This document shows, piece by piece, positions 39,058 through 46,546 of a stretch of 47,502 bases of DNA (position 1 is the stretch's first letter; the number at the start of each line of letters is the position of its first letter). The stretch covers positions 1-47,502 of the forward strand of contig CADAQS010000005.1 in NCBI GenBank assembly GCA_902790115.1. The letters run 5' to 3'. This stretch comes from an uncultured Eubacteriales bacterium. Lineage in GTDB: Bacteria > Bacillota > Clostridia > Christensenellales > CAG-138. The notes beneath the pieces were generated by a model. The model searched no databases, was not told the DNA's origin, and saw only the letters and a list, made by a program, of their open reading frames with translations. The translations under genes were made by a program, and so were the position numbers.

Positions 39058-39185
39058 GTTGACAGAGGTCAACCGAGGACGACAGAAGCCGTCAAAATAA
39101 GAAAAGGTTTTTCTAAACGGATATCAGGAAGGTATCGCACCGCAAAAGCGGACGGTACCTTCCTTTTTTCAGAAAGGAAACACAC
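39058..39185 (+). promoter_or_regulatory. Structured 5' leader (riboswitch-like attenuator of unknown class) upstream of the ECF S-component
   Basis: About 128 nt between the predicted start and the ATG. It contains hairpin GTTGAC-AGAG-GTCAAC (39058-39073), a GACG...CGTC helix and an A-rich stretch, then a strong terminator just before the SD. Confidence 0.45.
39126..39169 (+). terminator. Intrinsic terminator inside the leader
   Basis: AGGAAGGTA...(CCGC-AAAA-GCGG)...TACCTTCCT followed by TTTTT. It ends 8 nt before the AGGAAA purine-rich SD-like stretch (39174-39179, 6 nt upstream of ATG 39186). Confidence 0.75.
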
Positions 39186-39725
39186 ATGAACAAGAATCTC
39201 CGTAAACTCGTCTATGCGGCGCTGTGTCTGGCGCTCTGCTACGTGCTGCCGTTTGCGACCGGCAACAACCGCGCGCTCGGCAATATGCTTTGCCTGATGC
39301 ACATCCCGGTGTTCCTCTGCGGTTTCTTATGCGGCTGGGAGTGGGCGCTTGCGGTCGGGCTGATCGCGCCGCTGCTCCGGCACTTCACGATCGGCGCGCC
39401 GCCGGTTCCGACCGCGTACGTCATGGCGTTTGAGCTGGCAGCCTACGGCCTTGTCGTCGGCCTGCTGTTCAAGGTGCTCCCGCGCAAAAAGTGGAGCATC
39501 TACGTCGCGCTCATCGCCGCAATGCTGGTTGGCCGCCTCGTGTCCGGTCTCGGCAACGTGATCGTCTACGGCTTGCAGGGCAACGCCTACGGCCTGACCG
39601 CGTTTTTGACCTCGCACTTTGTCACGCCGCTGCCGGGTATCGCGCTGCAGATCGTCGTGATCCCGCTGATCGTCATGGCGCTCGACCGTGCAAAGCTGAT
39701 CGAGAACAAGCCGAAAAAGAACTGA
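39186..39725 (+). CDS. ECF-transporter S component (substrate unknown), no adjacent ECF A/T genes
   Basis: 179 aa with about 6 TM segments. Pattern LCLMHIPVFLCGFLCGWEWALAVGLIAPLLRHF resembles ECF S-components such as RibU, ThiW and FolT. Confidence 0.6.
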   Translation: MNKNLRKLVYAALCLALCYVLPFATGNNRALGNMLCLMHIPVFLCGFLCGWEWALAVGLIAPLLRHFTIGAPPVPTAYVMAFELAAYGLVVGLLFKVLPRKKWSIYVALIAAMLVGRLVSGLGNVIVYGLQGNAYGLTAFLTSHFVTPLPGIALQIVVIPLIVMALDRAKLIENKPKKN

Positions 39726-39745
39726 ACCGTATCACGCAAAACAAA

Positions 39746-39782
39746 GGCACAGTCGTCCCGAAACGGCGGCTGTGCTTTTTTT
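39746..39782 (+). terminator. Intrinsic terminator after the S-component gene
   Basis: GCACAG...CTGTGC followed by TTTTTTT. Confidence 0.7.
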
Positions 39783-39784
39783 AA

Positions 39785-39813
39785 TTGCTTTTTTCGACAA
39801 AACGTGCTACTAT
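39785..39813 (+). promoter_or_regulatory. Sigma-A-type promoter TTGCTT-17-TGcTACTAT
   Basis: TTGCTT at 39785-39790 and TGC TACTAT at 39805-39813. Confidence 0.5.
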
Positions 39814-39846
39814 GACAGAAATCAACGATGCAGGGAGGTTCGTATC

Positions 39847-40050
39847 ATGGCGTTTTTTCCGCCGATTCCGCTGATCCGGAAAAGGCTCATTCAGAAAAAG
39901 CTGCGGGAGTGCGGCGCAACGTCCGAGCAGACCGCCAAGACGCTTGCGGAAGCGGGCGTGATCAATCCCGACGGGTTCAGGCGCATCACCGAACGGCTTG
40001 TAGAGACCGGGAGCATCCATAGAACCGAAGACGGCAGGTATTATATCTGA
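39847..40050 (+). CDS. Small hypothetical protein (67 aa), possibly winged-helix-like
   Basis: ATG 39847 follows GGGAGG. Sequence MAFFPPIPLIRKRLIQKKLRECGATSEQTAKTLAEAGVINP...GSIHRTEDGRYYI. No family recognised. Confidence 0.5.
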   Translation: MAFFPPIPLIRKRLIQKKLRECGATSEQTAKTLAEAGVINPDGFRRITERLVETGSIHRTEDGRYYI

Positions 40051-40056
40051 AAACAG

Positions 40057-40089
40057 CAAAAAGGCTTTCCCGCGGGAAAGCCTTTTTTT
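40057..40089. terminator. Bidirectional intrinsic terminator (24-nt perfect palindrome)
   Basis: AAAA-AAGGCTTTCCCG/CGGGAAAGCCTT-TTTTT. Confidence 0.85.
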
Positions 40090-40107
40090 ACTGTAATTCG
40101 TTCGGAT

Positions 40108-40524
40108 TTACGCCAGCTCGACGTCTTCGGGCTCGCCGCGGTTCGCCTTGCGCCACGCGGAGAACGCGTTCAGTTCGGGCTCGGACAGTTTCAGCGCGAG
40201 CGTCATGACCGCAATGTCGTCCGCATAGCCGATCAGCGGCTTGTTGTCGGCGATCAGATCCTTCTTCCTGACCAGATACAGGAACGCGCCGACGATCAAA
40301 GCGATGACCTTCGGGGAGACGACCTTGTACTGCCCGGTGATATATCCCTTGACCATCGCGACCATCAGCGGGACCTCCGAGAGTGTGCTGCCGATCGCGG
40401 GAACCTCCTTGAGCGTTTGCTCAAACTTTTCCAGCAGCTCATCGACCTTGGACGGGTTTTTCAACAGTCCCTCGGCTTCGGCAGCACCGTTTTCGAGGAC
40501 GGTTTTGATCGAATCGGTATCCAT
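40108..40524 (-). CDS. YkvA/DUF1232-family protein
   Basis: 138 aa from MDTDSIKTV, behind AGGAGGAA SD. Motif YLVRKKDLIADNKPLIGYADDIAVM is typical of DUF1232. Confidence 0.7.
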   Translation of the reverse strand: MDTDSIKTVLENGAAEAEGLLKNPSKVDELLEKFEQTLKEVPAIGSTLSEVPLMVAMVKGYITGQYKVVSPKVIALIVGAFLYLVRKKDLIADNKPLIGYADDIAVMTLALKLSEPELNAFSAWRKANRGEPEDVELA

Positions 40525-40538
40525 TTCATTTCCTCCTG

Positions 40539-40967
40539 TCAATCGTTCTTATCGGGTACGGCGTCAAAGAGACGCGATTTCAGCAATTCATAGCGCAGCC
40601 GCTTTTCTTCCGCCGCAAAGTGTGCCTTGCGCGATTGCGGGAAGCGCAGCGAATAGTCGAGCCGTTCGCCACCGAATTGTTCGCTCGTCAGATCGAACAC
40701 GCAGCCGTTTACGACGTTGAAGCAATGGTAGTTCCCGTCTCCGAGCGGAACGCCGTACACCTCACCGCCGAACAGATCCTGCACCAAAAATGCGGTGACG
40801 GAGCACTGCCCGAGCGTCGGGTTGTCCGTGCTCCATTGGCTTCGCATCCGCGGCGCACAGGTTTCGGCGCACCAGACGGACGAAAGCGCCCGGTACAGGT
40901 CGTCCGGCGTGCGGACGCCGGAGAGAGCGGTCGGGACGGAACAGTCGCCTTTGCGGTAATAACGCAT
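40539..40967 (-). CDS. YunG-like hypothetical protein
   Basis: 142 aa from MRYYRKGD. A GAGG SD overlaps the upstream stop. The core NPTLGQCSVTAFLVQDLFGGEVY...HCFNVV...DLTSEQF resembles YunG-family proteins from memory. Confidence 0.5.
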   Translation of the reverse strand: MRYYRKGDCSVPTALSGVRTPDDLYRALSSVWCAETCAPRMRSQWSTDNPTLGQCSVTAFLVQDLFGGEVYGVPLGDGNYHCFNVVNGCVFDLTSEQFGGERLDYSLRFPQSRKAHFAAEEKRLRYELLKSRLFDAVPDKND

Positions 40968-40974
40968 ACGCGCC

Positions 40975-41766
40975 TCATTCCCACGCACCGCGGTACGAGA
41001 TCGTGACCGCGGCGTTTTCGGCGCCGAGCTGCATGCACTCGCGGATCGGCTTTCCGTTCAGATGCGCGAGCAAAAACCCCGCGATGAAACTGTCGCCCGC
41101 GCCGAGCGTGTCCACGACTTCGCACGGGACGGCCGCGCAGGTATGATACCTTCTGCCATCGAAAGCGATGCTTCCGGTCGCGCCGCGCATTGCGACGACG
41201 ATCTTCGGCCCGTAGGACGCGACCTTTCGGATCAGCTGCCGGATCTTCCGGTCGCTTGCCTCGTCGTCCGAGAAGAATGCGATATCGGTATGCGGCAGCG
41301 CAAGCAGCGACGTTTTGCAAAACGGCAGATCCGCGCAGTCGTAGGCAACCGGAACGCCTGCGTCGCGGATCCGGCCGAGGTACGGCTCGAGGTGTCCCCA
41401 GAGGTCCGACACGACCAGATCGTGCGAAAGCAAAAACTGCAGATCATCCTCCGTCGGGACGTAATCGGTCATGATGCCCTCGTCGTAATCAACGAAGATG
41501 CGGTTGCCGTTCTCGGTGCGGACGTAGGAAACCGGCGTCAGGCCGTGCAGTTCCTGCACATGACTGATGTCGATGCCCTTCCTTTTCAGCGATTTGGTGA
41601 CGATTTCGCCGAACGCGTCGTCGCCGACCGCGCCGACAAACGAGACCTCGCCGCCGAGCCGCCGGATATAGACCGCGACGTTGACCGGATTTCCGCCGGG
41701 ATACACGATGCCGAGCTCGTCGTAGGAATCGACGCAGCTGTCGCCGGCACAGGCAATTCGTTTCAT
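40975..41766 (-). CDS. frlD: PfkB-family kinase closely collinear with fructoselysine 6-kinase FrlD
   Basis: 263 aa from MKRIACAGDSCVDSY, behind GGAGGGAAGT SD. GGNPVNVAVY, KGIDISHV and DTLGAGDSFIAGFL...ISYRGAW match E. coli FrlD along the full length, as I recall that sequence. Confidence 0.65.
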   Translation of the reverse strand: MKRIACAGDSCVDSYDELGIVYPGGNPVNVAVYIRRLGGEVSFVGAVGDDAFGEIVTKSLKRKGIDISHVQELHGLTPVSYVRTENGNRIFVDYDEGIMTDYVPTEDDLQFLLSHDLVVSDLWGHLEPYLGRIRDAGVPVAYDCADLPFCKTSLLALPHTDIAFFSDDEASDRKIRQLIRKVASYGPKIVVAMRGATGSIAFDGRRYHTCAAVPCEVVDTLGAGDSFIAGFLLAHLNGKPIRECMQLGAENAAVTISYRGAWE

Positions 41767-41818
41767 ACTTCCCTCCAAAGAGTTTGTCCGCCACGCAGGG
41801 CGGAGGATTGCAGACGGC

Positions 41819-42103
41819 TTACGGATCGTCGTTTGATGTCGGTCTGCTGTTCAGGTACGCGTTGTATTTGCTGTTGAACCATTCGGCGGCCTTCTTCTCG
41901 GCCCAGCGGTCGCGTTCGTCGCAGATTGCGACCAGCTCGTCCGCAATGTCCTCGATGCGCTTCGGATTCGCCTGCCGGAGATAGCCGAGCATCCGCCGCA
42001 TCGCGCGCTCGGTTCGAAGCTCGTTTGCAAGCGCTTCGCCAAAATGTCTGTCATAGCCCATTCGTTCCAAGGCTCGAATCAGTTCCTGCCGGAGTTCCAT
42101 CAT
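41819..42103 (-). CDS. Hypothetical helical protein (94 aa)
   Basis: ORF with tandem Met start, preceded by GGCGAGGGAA. Charged helical sequence. No family recognised. Confidence 0.5.
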   Translation of the reverse strand: MMELRQELIRALERMGYDRHFGEALANELRTERAMRRMLGYLRQANPKRIEDIADELVAICDERDRWAEKKAAEWFNSKYNAYLNSRPTSNDDP

Positions 42104-42292
42104 TCCCTCGCCGGGTCGGATCGACCCTTAAATTTTATTATACTGTGGTCAGCGCCGTAAGTCTAATACTTTTTCACCAAAAACCGCCTTTTTGGGAAAA
42201 ATGTTCGTTTTTATCCTGCAAACTGCCCTGCTTTCGGTAAAGACGGGGGAGGATTCGACCGGGAACGCCGCGAATGCGCCTTTTCGGACAGC

Positions 42293-42316
42293 AAAAAACC
42301 ACCCTCGATAGGGTGG
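42293..42316 (-). terminator. Intrinsic terminator after the HAD hydrolase gene
   Basis: Minus strand reads CCACCC-TATCGA-GGGTGG followed by TTTTTT. Confidence 0.7.
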
Positions 42317-42335
42317 CGTTGATTCTTTTTGCCGC

Positions 42336-43058
42336 TCACGCGAAGATATGCAGCAGCTCGCGGAAATCGCGGATCTCGTAATCCGGACGGTTCGCGTCGG
42401 TGATCGGGATTACGTGCTTGCGCTCGGGAGAGTGGTACAGGACGTTGACACCGATGCCGGCCTTCCACGCGCCCGGAATGTCGGTATCGAGGTTGTCCGC
42501 AACCGAGGCGCACCGCTTCGGTTCAAGCCCCATGTCGTCGCAGGCGAGACGGTAGATCGCGTCGCCGGGTTTGCGCAGTCCGCACACCGATGAGATCACG
42601 ATCGTCTCAAACACGTCTTCGATCTGTTCATCGCGAAGCCACTGGTTGACCTCGTAGTCCTCACCGATCAGGTTGCTGATGATGCCGAGCCGATAGCCGC
42701 GTTCCTTCAGCGTCCGAACGACTTCGACGCCGTGCGGCACGGTTTCGCGGCGACCCTTCGTTCTGCGGAACCGATAGGTCAGTTCATGGCAGTTTTTGCG
42801 GATGAAATCCTTATCTTTCTCCGGCAGAAGGAACAGTCCCCACAGCAGCTCGTCGCCAACCTCCCGACGGGTGTTGGTTGCCCATGATTTGTAGATCGCA
42901 AACCGGGTCGTGATCAGGTTATAGAAGGACTCGACGTCTATGTCCGGCGCAACAAGCGCATGCAGTTCCCGCTTGGCCGCATCCTGAAAAGCGGCATCTT
43001 TGATCTCCAGACGGAGTGTTCCGCCGAGATCGATAAAAATTCCGTCTGACAAATGCAT
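42336..43058 (-). CDS. HAD-superfamily hydrolase (motif I variant D-L-G-G-T)
   Basis: 240 aa. Motif I is FIDLGGTL, with the second Asp replaced by Gly. Motif II is GIISN, motif III is RKPG and motif IV is VADNLDTD. GGAGGA SD. Confidence 0.7.
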   Translation of the reverse strand: MHLSDGIFIDLGGTLRLEIKDAAFQDAAKRELHALVAPDIDVESFYNLITTRFAIYKSWATNTRREVGDELLWGLFLLPEKDKDFIRKNCHELTYRFRRTKGRRETVPHGVEVVRTLKERGYRLGIISNLIGEDYEVNQWLRDEQIEDVFETIVISSVCGLRKPGDAIYRLACDDMGLEPKRCASVADNLDTDIPGAWKAGIGVNVLYHSPERKHVIPITDANRPDYEIRDFRELLHIFA

Positions 43059-43134
43059 TGCACATTCCTCCGGGCGTGTTAGTATAAAGAATTATAACAT
43101 AGACGCGCGGATTTTTGTGTAATTTTTATGCAAA

Positions 43135-44181
43135 TCATGTTGTAACAATCCGCGACCCGAGCGTCAGAACGGCTTCCGGCGCGATCGCCACCCGAAGCGT
43201 TTCGGACAGCAGCGCGCCTTCCGGCTTTTGCATACACAGAACGGTTCCGGGTTCGGCGCCGTCCGGAATCAGCAAAACGGTCGTCTGCGCGTCCTCGGAC
43301 ACTTCGCCCGCAACGCGGCAAAGGAACGCGTTCTCCTCACCGGGCAGCGCGGGATGCAGCGCGTTTTCGGGCAGCGCAACCGCCTGACACGGCTTTTCCG
43401 TGCGCAGGCGCAGATTCCACGCGGGACAGAAAACGAACCCGTCCGCTTCCGCCCGTACGGCGGTTACGTTGCGAAACCCCGCAAGCTGCGCGGCGGCAAG
43501 CGTCTGCGGCCGGTCGAGCAGGGCGTCGGCGGGCAGGCTTGCTTCCGAACGTCCGTGCTCCAGCACGCATGCGGAGCGGCACAGACGCCGGATCTCATCC
43601 CGCGCGTGCGTGACGAATACGACGTCGCCCGAAAAAGGCTTCAGATATTCGGCAAGCTCCCATTCGAGCTGCCATTTCAAAAATCCGTCGAGCGCAGAAA
43701 ACGGCTCGTCGAGCAGCAGCAGCTCCGGCTGCCCGACAAGGATCCGCGCGAGCGCGGTGCGCTGCTGCTGCCCGCCCGACAGCGTCGCAGGGTACTGTTT
43801 TTCGGTACCGTCGAGGCGAAACCTGCGGATCGCATCGGCAACGGCGGCTTTCTTTTCGGCACGGCTTCCGCTCCGGACGCCTGCCAAGAGGTTTTGCTCG
43901 ACGGTCATGTTCGGAAACAGCGCATACTGCTGAAACAGATAGCCGATATTCCGCTTCTGGGGCGGGAGATTGATCTTTCGTTCGCTGTCGAACAGCGTCC
44001 TGCCGTTCAGCTCGATGCGGCCCCGGTCAGGCGTCAGGATCCCTGCGATGCACTGCAGCGTGACGCTTTTGCCGCTGCCGGATGCGCCGAGCAGCCCGAA
44101 CGGACTTTGCCCGTCGGTCGAAAACGAAACGTCGAGCGAAAAGCTTCCGAGCCGCTTCTGAATCGATACGGAAAGCGCCAT
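43135..44181 (-). CDS. modC: Molybdate ABC transporter ATP-binding protein
   Basis: 348 aa. Motifs GASGSGKS, LSGGQQQR and LLLLDEPFSALD, with a C-terminal extension. Directly abuts modB. Confidence 0.8.
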   Translation of the reverse strand: MALSVSIQKRLGSFSLDVSFSTDGQSPFGLLGASGSGKSVTLQCIAGILTPDRGRIELNGRTLFDSERKINLPPQKRNIGYLFQQYALFPNMTVEQNLLAGVRSGSRAEKKAAVADAIRRFRLDGTEKQYPATLSGGQQQRTALARILVGQPELLLLDEPFSALDGFLKWQLEWELAEYLKPFSGDVVFVTHARDEIRRLCRSACVLEHGRSEASLPADALLDRPQTLAAAQLAGFRNVTAVRAEADGFVFCPAWNLRLRTEKPCQAVALPENALHPALPGEENAFLCRVAGEVSEDAQTTVLLIPDGAEPGTVLCMQKPEGALLSETLRVAIAPEAVLTLGSRIVTT

Positions 44182-44853
44182 TTACGCCCTCCTTTTCGCA
44201 CGGCTGCGCCGTTCGAGAAAGTTCATCGCAAGCAGCACGATCGCCGAGAGCACGATGTTGACCAGCACCCATCGGAACGCGTCCGCATCGTTGTCGAGCC
44301 GCCACAGCTGATAGACGGTTGTGGAGATCGTCGCCGTTCGCCCCGGCGTGTAGCCGGCGATCATGCTGGTTGCGCCGTATTCGCCGAGCGCGCGCGCAAA
44401 CGCGAGCACGGTTCCGGCCAGGATCCCCTGTCTGCAGCAAGGCATCCGGATGCGCCAGAACACATAGGTGTTCGATTTGCCGAGCGTGCGCCCTGCGGCT
44501 GCCAGAGATTCGTCGAACGATTCAAAAGCGCCGCGCGCCGTGCGATACAGCAGCGGAAAGATCACAACCGCGGTCGCGATCACCGCCGACCACCACGTCA
44601 TCGTCAGGCGGACGCCGAACTGCCCGGCAAACAGCGCGCCGAGCGGACGCTTCGGGCCGAGCAGGCGCAACAGCAAATAGCCGACCACCGTCGGCGGCAG
44701 CACGAGCGGAAGCGTCAGCACGACGTCGAGCACGCCTTTGATCGCTTTCGGCAGCCGCGCCGCATAGTACGCGGCAAAGATGCCGAGAAAAAAGACGATC
44801 CCAGTCGCGATCAGCGCGATCCGCAGCGAGTTCCAAAGCGGATACCAATCCAT
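44182..44853 (-). CDS. modB: Molybdate ABC transporter permease
   Basis: 223 aa. Segment LTLPLVLPPTVVGYLLL and the EAA-like loop ESLAAAGRTLG...RIRMP are typical of ModB. Confidence 0.85.
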   Translation of the reverse strand: MDWYPLWNSLRIALIATGIVFFLGIFAAYYAARLPKAIKGVLDVVLTLPLVLPPTVVGYLLLRLLGPKRPLGALFAGQFGVRLTMTWWSAVIATAVVIFPLLYRTARGAFESFDESLAAAGRTLGKSNTYVFWRIRMPCCRQGILAGTVLAFARALGEYGATSMIAGYTPGRTATISTTVYQLWRLDNDADAFRWVLVNIVLSAIVLLAMNFLERRSRAKRRA

Positions 44854-44889
44854 ACTTGCTCCATCCGCGGGTATTCCCGCAAAGAATTG

Positions 44890-45603
44890 TTATTGCAGCG
44901 GCGAAAAGCCGACCGATTCAAAGACCTTTTTTGCATCCGCGCCGGTCAGGTACTCCAGAAATGCCTTTGCCGCATCGGGATGCCTGGAGACCTTCAGCAC
45001 CGCCGCGGGGTAGATGACCTGTCCGCACATCTCCTTCGTCGCGGTATCGACGACGGTCAGCTTCGCCGAGAAAGCGTCGGTCGCGTACACGATGCCGCAG
45101 TCGACCGCCCCCTCCGATACCTGCGCGGTGACCTCCTTGACGTTGCTTCCGTAGGTCAGCGAGGACGCGCACGCCGCCTCGTCGACACCGTAATAGGTGA
45201 AGATTTTCTGCGTATACTGCCCGACCGGCACGTCGCCGTTTCCGATCGCAAGCAGCACTTCGCCGTTCTGCAGCTTTGCGATCAGATCGTCAAACGAACG
45301 CACGTCCTTCGGATTGCCCTCCGGCACTACCAGAGCGACTTTGTTTTCGAGCAGGTCGAGCCTTGTGCCCTGCAGCACGAAGTCAAGCCCGTCGGGATTG
45401 CCTTCTGCGGACGCCGCCTTATCAAGTTGGTTCATTTGCTTCGGCGCCGCGGACAGGAACACGTCACAGTCCGCTCCCGCCTCGATTTGCTTTTTCAGCG
45501 CGGAGATATCTTTATTCTCCATATTCTCGACGAGCAGCATCGAGATCGCTCCGGTTCCGAAATCCTCTTCCAGACTGCAGTTTGACGCGTTTACTTCGGG
45601 CAA
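44890..45603 (-). pseudogene. modA: Molybdate-binding protein ModA lacking its signal peptide/lipobox (5'-truncated)
   Basis: The mature-domain sequence is present (EVNASNCSL..., LKKQIEAGADCDVFLSAA, DVPVGQYT, CGIVYATDA). The frame closes at an in-frame TGA (reverse complement of 45628-45630) 8 codons upstream of the only candidate start, TTG 45603. There is no SD and no hydrophobic leader. Confidence 0.6.
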
Positions 45604-46546
45604 TTCCAGATTTGGCGTTTGGGGATATCAGAGCTGGTATGAAAATAACAACGGAAATATAACCTACAATCCGCAGCGGCGTCCGCTTGCGTCAACGGGA
45701 CTCTATTCGGAAAACTCTACGGTTTACCACATTGCCCAGAACTATGGAACTGATAAGGGCTGGGGATATTGGAACGACGCAAATACCGTTTACCTTATCA
45801 AGAGCAGCTTCCTCTCGGATAATTCAATATCAGCCCATGCGTATATGTTTAATGACACATCGTATAAGCAAGCCTATCCGGGTGAAGCGTTAACACGCTT
45901 GACGGACGCATCCGGCAACAATGTTTCATATACATGGAACGGCGGCAATTATACTGCGCAGGTTTGGAAAACAGGTTCGCCTTGTGTGTATAATAAAATC
46001 GTTTTCAATAACGGTGATTCAAACGGCGGCGGTGTCGACCAAATCGGCAAAAAGAAAACCGGTGATTTAAACCTCTTCCCGGGTTGCTTCTATCAGGCTG
46101 ACGGAAGCAAGTGGCTTGGCTCCTTAACCGATGCCGGACGTGAGGCTACAGTCGATACCGGCGGCAGCGACAGCGGCGGCGGTGACAACCCCGGCGACGG
46201 TACGCTCGACGGCTTCACTGTAGACAGCGGCTTTACCTTTAAGATTAATGACGTAACCTATACCGTTTATCAGAATGCGGCAGGAAACGAATTTAAGGTG
46301 CGCATTCCGCTGGCGGCCGGCGCAAACTGGACGACTGTACAAAAGAACGGCAGGGATTACGGCTTAGAGCAGTCAAGTCAAAGCTATGATGTGCCGAAGT
46401 CAGGCGTAGATATTTATCTGACAAACGTGCATAGTAATAATATCTCTCTAAACGCCTCGTCGGCAGGTAACTACATCGCAACATTTACCTATGACAACGG
46501 CAATACCGGCACCATTATGATTTCAAGCGTATTAAAAGAAAGTTGA
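45596..46546 (+). pseudogene. 5'-truncated gene for a secreted Asn/Thr/Tyr/Gly-rich repeat protein (carbohydrate-binding-module-like units)
   Basis: The track ORF 45197..46546 is antisense to modA for its first 135 codons. Low-GC coding sequence begins only at about 45600, with no start codon or signal peptide. It contains units such as AHAYMFNDTSYKQAYPGEALTRL...KIVFNNGDSNGGGVDQIGKKKTGDLNL, a Gly/Asp/Ser linker, and a C-terminal beta-rich domain. Confidence 0.5.

Noticed and set aside
42104-42335. 232-bp intergenic region as a possible small RNA
   Set aside because: It is largely accounted for by a plausible promoter and leader hairpin for the 41819..42103 gene and by the HAD-gene terminator. 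The remaining sequence shows no convincing structure or flanking promoter/terminator pair.
43228-45585. 785-aa ORF antisense to modC-modB-modA
   Set aside because: The translation is an Arg-rich, stop-free antisense frame with no SD or motif. The sense strand carries textbook ABC-transporter signatures.
45197-46546. Track ORF of 449 aa treated as one CDS
   Set aside because: Its first 135 codons or so are simply the antisense frame of high-GC modA. Genuine low-GC coding sequence starts only at about 45600, so it is reported as a 5'-truncated fragment instead.
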